A stretch of 64,000 nt of DNA from an uncultured delta proteobacterium. GTDB lineage: Bacteria > Desulfobacterota > Desulfobacteria > Desulfobacterales > SG8-13. Under the pieces are notes generated by a model. It saw nothing but the letters and a program-made list of their open reading frames with translations, was not told the origin of the DNA and did not search any database. Location of the stretch: positions 1,086,538 through 1,150,537 of the forward strand of contig CAWKCK010000017.1 in NCBI GenBank assembly GCA_963848135.1, read 5' to 3'. Positions 57,865 to 64,000 of this stretch are shown one piece after another (within the stretch, counting starts at the first letter, position 1; every line of letters begins with the position of its first letter). Position numbers and translations under genes: made by a program.

Positions 57865-60177
57865 TCATGGAACCCCCCGTGTTTTCCGGTAATGGTGTCC
57901 CGGTTTTGATTTGGCAATGGGAAAGGTTACGTTGAATGTCGCCCCTTCCCCACGACGGGATACGGCCTCGATGTTTCCGCCGCAGTCCTTGACGATGCCA
58001 TAGCTGATGGACAAACCCAAACCGGTGCCCTTCCCCACTTCTTTGGTCGTAAAGAAAGGTTCGAACAGCTTGTCCTGGATGGCTTCGGGAATGCCGGTGC
58101 CGGTATCCCTGATTTCGGCAATGACGTGATCACCGTCGGACCAGGTTTTCAGCGTGATCTGCTTCTCATCTCCCCCGACGGCTCCGGATGCGCATTTCTC
58201 CTCGATGGCATCGCGTGCATTTAGCAACAGGTTGATGAAGACCTGCTCCATCCGCCCGGGATCCGCCATGATCTTGGGCAGTTCAGCGTCGATTTCCCAT
58301 TGCACGTCGATGCCTCTGACCCTCAACTGCTGACTGAAGATGTCGAAAGCGCTTTTCAAAACATCGTTGATCTGAATTTTTTCCAGGGACAGGTCCGACT
58401 TGCGGGCGAACTGCCGCATGTGGCTGATGATGTTGGCGGCACGGTCGACGTTTTTGTCGATTTTTCCCAACATTGAATTGAGAATCCAGCTCTCGATGGT
58501 TTCCGCCCTCTCGATCTTTTTGAGAAAAAAACTGCTAGCCGTCTTGATGACTGAAAGGGGTTGGTTCAACTCATGGGCGATGCCGGTGGCCATCTCGCCC
58601 AGAGTGGCCATCCGGCTGGCTTGGATCAACTGCTGTTCCGCCTCGAGGCGCTTGGTAATATCACTGGTAGTAATCAACAACACTTTTCTTCCGCTGTATT
58701 CAGACGGCGATACCCGGATATTGACGAACAGGGCTTTGCCGTCTTTACTTCTATGCTTGACCTGACTGAGAAACGACACTTGCCTCAGATCTTCAGCATA
58801 ATGCGCATTACTTTTTGCGGCAAACAGCGCCATAAAAGTGGTGTGGAGAATATCGTGCTTTTCGTAACCGTAATCGACGAAAACGCTGTCGTTGCAGTCG
58901 AGGATTTCCAAAGTGTCCTGGTCGAGAACGAAAACCGGGTTGGGGATGTTGTTGAAGATTTCATGGTATTTCTGCTCGGACTTCGCCAGTTCTTCCTCAA
59001 GCTGCTTTCGTTCGGTGATGTCCAGATTCATTTCCAAGGCGGCAATGATATCACCCTCGGTATTCTTGATTGGTGAGGTCTTCACTAGCCAGTAGGTTGG
59101 TTTTCCGTCCTTGGAAAAACCGGTTTCTTCACTGGTGTGCGATCGGCCGTTCGCAAAAGTTCTCTCCACCGGACATACCGTGCATTTTTCCTGTCGCCCT
59201 TTGTAGGCCCGGTAGCAATAGTCGCCGCTTTGGGGGGCGAATTTCTCTGCGAATTCCCGATTATATTGCACCAGTTTAAAGTCCCGGTCCTGAACCGTGA
59301 TGATGCACGGGACCATCTCGAACAGGTCCTGGTATTCATTCTTCTGCCGGTTGAGTTCGGTCTGTTGTTTGCCGATTTCTTCGGCCATATGGTTGACGGC
59401 CGTGGCCAGTTGCCCCATCTCGTCTTCCTGGTCGACCACAACTTTAGTGCTGAGGTCGCCCCGCCCTATGGATCGAGTCCCTTCAATCAATTTTTTGACC
59501 GGCTGGCTAACGAATTTCAGAACGAGGATAAAGATGATGGTGGAGGTCAGCAGAAAAAGAACCATTGCCAGACCCGTGACACCCTTTTCGGCCAGCAGAA
59601 TTTCATCATCGGTTTGCTTCAGAGAAATGACCACATCCAGCGCTCCAAGGATCTTCTTGTCTTCCGGATGGATGTGGCAGGCGTCGGTTGAACAGCCGGG
59701 TTCGTTGCAGATCGGGCTGATGATGCCGAGAAACCGGTTGCCCTGGCCGGAATCGAAAATGCGAATTCTTTCTTTCACGTTGAGATCCGTCACCGGCGGA
59801 TCGGTCCGATGGCAGATGAAACAGGCCTCGGCCTTGATGTTGGTTTTAGTGTCGACCTCAGTCGGCTGGTTAGTATACTTAATTTCACCCTCTTTGTTGT
59901 AGATTCGAATATTGCTGATTTCCTGCTGTCTGGCGATGTTGTTGATGATCTGGTTGATGTCGTCGCGTGAGTTGTGCATCATGGCATAGTGAGTGCCGAG
60001 CTTGATCGTGTTGGACAGCCGATCGGTACCCAGCACAACATCGTCCATCAACTTATCTTTCTGGTAGTTGATGTTGAAATAGGCCCAGGTCGAAATCGAC
60101 AACAGCAGAGTCAACCCCACCATGACGATAAGTTTGGTGACCAATCGTTGGCGTAAATATTTGATGATCTTAAACAT
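57865..60177 (-). CDS. Membrane sensor histidine kinase (periplasmic heme-c motifs, HAMP, 2 PAS)
   Basis: TM-CFICH-CSTDACH-TM; AHELNQP, NARDA, GTGLGL. Confidence 0.92.
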   Translation of the reverse strand: MFKIIKYLRQRLVTKLIVMVGLTLLLSISTWAYFNINYQKDKLMDDVVLGTDRLSNTIKLGTHYAMMHNSRDDINQIINNIARQQEISNIRIYNKEGEIKYTNQPTEVDTKTNIKAEACFICHRTDPPVTDLNVKERIRIFDSGQGNRFLGIISPICNEPGCSTDACHIHPEDKKILGALDVVISLKQTDDEILLAEKGVTGLAMVLFLLTSTIIFILVLKFVSQPVKKLIEGTRSIGRGDLSTKVVVDQEDEMGQLATAVNHMAEEIGKQQTELNRQKNEYQDLFEMVPCIITVQDRDFKLVQYNREFAEKFAPQSGDYCYRAYKGRQEKCTVCPVERTFANGRSHTSEETGFSKDGKPTYWLVKTSPIKNTEGDIIAALEMNLDITERKQLEEELAKSEQKYHEIFNNIPNPVFVLDQDTLEILDCNDSVFVDYGYEKHDILHTTFMALFAAKSNAHYAEDLRQVSFLSQVKHRSKDGKALFVNIRVSPSEYSGRKVLLITTSDITKRLEAEQQLIQASRMATLGEMATGIAHELNQPLSVIKTASSFFLKKIERAETIESWILNSMLGKIDKNVDRAANIISHMRQFARKSDLSLEKIQINDVLKSAFDIFSQQLRVRGIDVQWEIDAELPKIMADPGRMEQVFINLLLNARDAIEEKCASGAVGGDEKQITLKTWSDGDHVIAEIRDTGTGIPEAIQDKLFEPFFTTKEVGKGTGLGLSISYGIVKDCGGNIEAVSRRGEGATFNVTFPIAKSKPGHHYRKTRGVP

Positions 60178-60233
60178 CGGCAGACATACCTCCATGGTTT
60201 GCACCAGTGGCTATCGAGCCGATTCGATCGGCG

Positions 60234-61121
60234 TCAGGCCGCAGCATCCATCGATTCTCGAAGCTTTTCTTTGAATCCGACGGTGACGGCCAGATTCAAA
60301 TCCAGCCGCACCTGCTGCTCGGAGAGGCCCAGTGCCAGCCCCAGCAACTGGGGCAGGTAGAGAATCGTAACGGCAAGATTCTCACCGCTTAATTTGGAAA
60401 TCTTGCCCTGGTATGCTTCCAGGTTCATCTGGCACATGGGACAGACCGTCACAACGGCATCGGCCCCCCTGGCGCGCGAGAGGATCGACCGAACCAACTC
60501 CATACCAACCGCCATTTTTGTGTTCATGTGTGCGGCCCCGCAGCATTTACCACCCATGTCCCAGCAATGAACACTTGCCCCGACAGCCTTCAGGATCGGC
60601 GCCATCGACTGCGGGGCTTCCGGATCGTCGAAGACAGGATAAGGCCTGAGGCACTGGCATCCGTAATAGGGTGCAACCGACAACCCCGCCAGGGACCGTG
60701 TGGTTTTCTTGGAGACCAGATCCGGGCCGATGTCCTGCACGATCACCTCCAGCAGGTGCCGAACGCGAACCTGTCCCACGAAATGCAGCCCTTCCTCAGC
60801 GAGGATGGCATTGATCGGATCCAAAAGAGAGGCATCGCGTTTGACCATTTCTTCAACGGTCTTGAGGTTTAGATAACAGGCGCTGCACGGCACCAGGATC
60901 TCTTTTGGCCCGCCCATTTTTTCCGCCAACGCCAGGTTGCGGACCGGTAGCGCCAACGCCAGGAAACGGCTGGTGGCTTCGGCGGCACTGGCACCGCAGC
61001 AACTCCAGTCCTCGATCTCCGTCAATGTGGCCCCGACAGCGGCCAGGAAGGCGCGGGTGGACAGATCGTATTCACGGGCCGACCCTTCGAGGGAACAACC
61101 GGGGTAATACAAATATTTCAT
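60234..61121 (-). CDS. hdrB: Heterodisulfide reductase subunit B-like
   Basis: Two CCG domains: YYPGC..WSCCG..CSAC and YYGC..CCG..CPMC. Confidence 0.92.
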   Translation of the reverse strand: MKYLYYPGCSLEGSAREYDLSTRAFLAAVGATLTEIEDWSCCGASAAEATSRFLALALPVRNLALAEKMGGPKEILVPCSACYLNLKTVEEMVKRDASLLDPINAILAEEGLHFVGQVRVRHLLEVIVQDIGPDLVSKKTTRSLAGLSVAPYYGCQCLRPYPVFDDPEAPQSMAPILKAVGASVHCWDMGGKCCGAAHMNTKMAVGMELVRSILSRARGADAVVTVCPMCQMNLEAYQGKISKLSGENLAVTILYLPQLLGLALGLSEQQVRLDLNLAVTVGFKEKLRESMDAAA

Positions 61122-61690
61122 GGGACCTCCTCCAGTTCCGCGGCCTTCCGGAACAGCGCTGCCAGCGCGCCGTCACCTTTGGAAGGAATTTGCAGGGAGA
61201 CCTTTCCCTTCAGCATCAGCTTTACGCCCAGCGCTACAAACCGCAACGGCAAAAGGGGATTCTTCATGGCGTTGAAGTAAAGAGTCATGAATTCCATCTC
61301 CCTGACGCGACCATGGCGCCGCACACTCTCCAGAAAGCTCTTGTAGAAGAGGATACTCTGGCGGTGTTGGAAGAGACCTTCGCGTGCGGCCAACTGCTTG
61401 AGCGCCCCCATGGCCTCTGTCAGAGGCAACCCGCGCGGGCACCGCAGCGTGCAGTAATAACAAGCGGAACAGAGGGTGAAGGTCTGACTCTGAAAAATCT
61501 CTTCTTTCTGCCCGGTCAGGACCAGTCGCCAGAGCCGGCGGGGGGTGAAATCCATTGCGAATTCATTGGGGCAAGACCCCGTGCAGGTGCCGCATTGGAT
61601 GCAGGCCTGCACCATCTCCCGCACCGGTGCCAAATCATTGCTGCCCGACGTATCCGAAAAATCGAGTTCCCCTTTGACTTCTGTCGTCAT
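61118..61690 (-). CDS. hdrC: Heterodisulfide reductase subunit C-like
   Basis: CIQCGTCTGSCP and CSACYYCTLRCP. Confidence 0.9.
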   Translation of the reverse strand: MTTEVKGELDFSDTSGSNDLAPVREMVQACIQCGTCTGSCPNEFAMDFTPRRLWRLVLTGQKEEIFQSQTFTLCSACYYCTLRCPRGLPLTEAMGALKQLAAREGLFQHRQSILFYKSFLESVRRHGRVREMEFMTLYFNAMKNPLLPLRFVALGVKLMLKGKVSLQIPSKGDGALAALFRKAAELEEVP

Positions 61691-61722
61691 GTCGAATTCC
61701 CTCAAAAACGCTCATGATTAAA

Positions 61723-61760
61723 TCGGTTGAGCCCGTTAGGCCCGTTGAGTCCGTTGAGAG
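61723..61760. repeat. About four degenerate 9-bp tandem repeats
   Basis: Minus strand: CTCAACGGA CTCAACGGG CCTAACGGG CTCAACCGA. Confidence 0.6.
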
Positions 61761-61908
61761 CAGCGGCTGACTGACTGAACCGCAACGTGTAATCGGTTGC
61801 CCAGGCGGAGGCGTCACCTTATTTTCGGTAAAAAATTCATCTGCTCAGCGTAATCCTCAGAATTCTTCTTTTCACCGAGAATTTCTTTCTTCTCTCATCC
61901 TATCGCCG

Positions 61909-64000
61909 TCAAAGGAGCGCCGCGTCGATGACATCCAACATCTGCTCTTGCCGCAAATCTTCCAAAACCGCAGCCTTGTTTGGACACGCGGTCGCGCAGC
62001 TTCCACACCCCTGGCACATAAGCGGGTTAACGATCACCTTCTGCTGATCGACATCCAGCATGCGGGCGCCGTAAGGACAGGCATCGATGCACCACTCGCA
62101 AAGACTGCAGAGACTGTGACGCACAAGGGCGACAACTTTGCCGGCCGGCAGGTTCTTGCGGTTCAGGATTCGCAGGGAGCGTTGGGCCGCGGCCTCGGCG
62201 GTGGCGATCGATTCGGCGATCGAACGGGGCGAATGTGCCAGACCGCAAGCGAAGACGCCCTCCTTGAGCGCATCGACCGGTCGCCACTTCGACTCGGCTT
62301 CCTGGAAGAACCCATCCATGTCGCGGTCAATTCCATAGGTGGTAGCAAGATCGGCCGGAAAATTCGGAAGAACGCCCGTGGCCAGAACAAGCAGATCGGT
62401 GCTGATCTCGATCTTCCGGCCGATGATCGGTTCGAACACGCTCACCGTTACCGCGCCTTGGTTGATTGCGACCCGCGGTTTGCTTTCCGGACTGTACTGG
62501 ATGAAGTCGATGTCGCTTTTGCGCGCCTGGGTGTAATAAGTCTCCGCAAAACCATAGGTCATCATGTCGCGATACAGGACATACACGGCGATGTCTGGAT
62601 TCTGCGCTTTCATCTGCAGAGCGTGCTTGAGAGCAGACGCGCAACACACACGGCTGCAGTAATTGCGCGGTTCTTCGCGCGAGTCGACACACTGGATCAT
62701 GACCACGTTGTCGAGGCCATGAGGATCGATGGAGCGGTCAGCCAATTTCTGTTCCAGTTCCTTTTGGGTGATGATGGCCGGACAGGTGCCGAAACCGTAT
62801 GATGTCGTGGGAGCCTCGTCACCGCCGGTGGCCAGAATCGTGACGCCGTGCTCGAGTGTCTCGACCTTGCCCTCCGGATTTTCAATCGTCGTGTAAAACT
62901 GCCCCACATGTCCATAGGCGGCCACAACACGGTTGCCGGTGCGGACCGACACCAGCGGATGTTTATCCACCCTCTGTTCGGTTTCTGCCAGCAAGTCCGG
63001 GATCGCCTGCCCCTCTAATGTCTGTTTGAGCCAAATCAGGTTGCCACCGAGTCGATCGGCCTTCTCGATGATCTCCACCGGGAACCCGTGCTCGGCGATC
63101 GCCAGGGCCGCCGTCATGCCAGCAATACCGCCCCCCACCACCAGGGCGCACTGCTGAATCGGCACCGACACCGTCGGTGACGGATCGATGCGCTTCAGGC
63201 GGGCCAACCCCATTTCCAGTAAAGAATGCAGGCGGTTTACTGAGGGGCCGACTTTCGCCTGGGACGGCTGCACGTCGGCGTCCGGCGCCACGTTCAGCGA
63301 GCGGATATCCACCACGTCCATCAAAGACGGATAAAGGCCGACTTCTCGGGCCAACTGTCTGATATTACGGGCATACACATACGGCAGGCAGGCACCGATC
63401 AGAACCCGATTCGGCTGGCGGCTCTTCACACGTTCGACCAACTCATCCCATCCCGCGGCTGTACAGGTTCTGTCGATGACCTCCACCCCCACAACCATTG
63501 GATCGGCAGCCACCTGCCTTCTCAGGTTATCCACCACAGAGGCTTCCGCCAGGGTCCCGTCGCAGGCACAGATAATGACAAGGATTTGGGGCACCTCCCG
63601 CGAAACGTCTCTCAACGTTGTCTCGGTTTCTGGCTCGGGAGCCAGCCCGCCGCCGGCGCCGTGAATGGTCCGCGAGGCCGCAAGCGCAGCAGCGGACGCC
63701 TGCGTGACCGATTCGCCGATGTCCTTCAACCCTGAAAAAGAGCCCCCCAGCAGAACCCCGTCACGCGACGTTTGCGTGAGAGAAAACGGCACCGTCTGTC
63801 CAAAGCCCCAGCTGTTTAAAGGGATGTCGAGCATCTCGGCCAATGCCACCGAACCGGCCGCCGGTCGCTGCCCGACAGCCAGGACCACCATGTCCTGACG
63901 GGATTCATGCACATGGCCACCGGTGTCGACATATCGGATGATCAGGTCGCCGCTGCCGTCGTCATGCATCACCGAATGAACCCGTCCCCTTTCGAAACGG
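61909..64000 (-). CDS. hdrA: HdrA-like (large) flavo-iron-sulfur protein, 3' part; start outside the window
   Basis: GGGIAG FAD motif, QCV..YCSRVCC, two C-terminal ferredoxin motifs; frame open to the window edge. Confidence 0.9.
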   Translation of the reverse strand, partial: RFERGRVHSVMHDDGSGDLIIRYVDTGGHVHESRQDMVVLAVGQRPAAGSVALAEMLDIPLNSWGFGQTVPFSLTQTSRDGVLLGGSFSGLKDIGESVTQASAAALAASRTIHGAGGGLAPEPETETTLRDVSREVPQILVIICACDGTLAEASVVDNLRRQVAADPMVVGVEVIDRTCTAAGWDELVERVKSRQPNRVLIGACLPYVYARNIRQLAREVGLYPSLMDVVDIRSLNVAPDADVQPSQAKVGPSVNRLHSLLEMGLARLKRIDPSPTVSVPIQQCALVVGGGIAGMTAALAIAEHGFPVEIIEKADRLGGNLIWLKQTLEGQAIPDLLAETEQRVDKHPLVSVRTGNRVVAAYGHVGQFYTTIENPEGKVETLEHGVTILATGGDEAPTTSYGFGTCPAIITQKELEQKLADRSIDPHGLDNVVMIQCVDSREEPRNYCSRVCCASALKHALQMKAQNPDIAVYVLYRDMMTYGFAETYYTQARKSDIDFIQYSPESKPRVAINQGAVTVSVFEPIIGRKIEISTDLLVLATGVLPNFPADLATTYGIDRDMDGFFQEAESKWRPVDALKEGVFACGLAHSPRSIAESIATAEAAAQRSLRILNRKNLPAGKVVALVRHSLCSLCEWCIDACPYGARMLDVDQQKVIVNPLMCQGCGSCATACPNKAAVLEDLRQEQMLDVIDAALL

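Overview
The window looks like DNA from a sulfate-reducing deltaproteobacterium (Desulfosarcina/Desulfobacterales-like; inferred from the hdrABC genes, porin type, CFI-box-like C-terminus and repeat family). Almost all genes are on the minus strand. Right end (56.4-64 kb): 3' part of an hdrA-like gene, hdrC, hdrB, a heme-c-motif sensor kinase and a receiver-kinase hybrid flanked by MITE-like repeats. 53.4-56.2 kb: an AT-rich, decaying array of six attC-like sites with no integrase in the window, carrying a RelE toxin-antitoxin cassette and an unannotated 36-aa Lys-rich ORF. 1.5-50 kb: a mosaic accessory island around a MalT-type STAND/LuxR regulator. It holds glutamate decarboxylase, two AspT/YidE antiporters, an aspD remnant, a porin, an L,D-transpeptidase, SulP, a five-heme cytochrome that appears to read through TGA as selenocysteine, two tripartite efflux systems, DUF3300/DUF2950, patatin lipoproteins, CoA-disulfide reductase-rhodanese, a DszB-like protein, and many paralog and IS fragments. 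The best candidate for an undescribed system is a putative regulon: a 37-bp motif containing a MalT-box-like element occurs three times, upstream of gad and of two paralogous 84-aa proteins. No rRNA, tRNA or CRISPR array was seen. All family calls come from motif recognition by eye, not from database searches.
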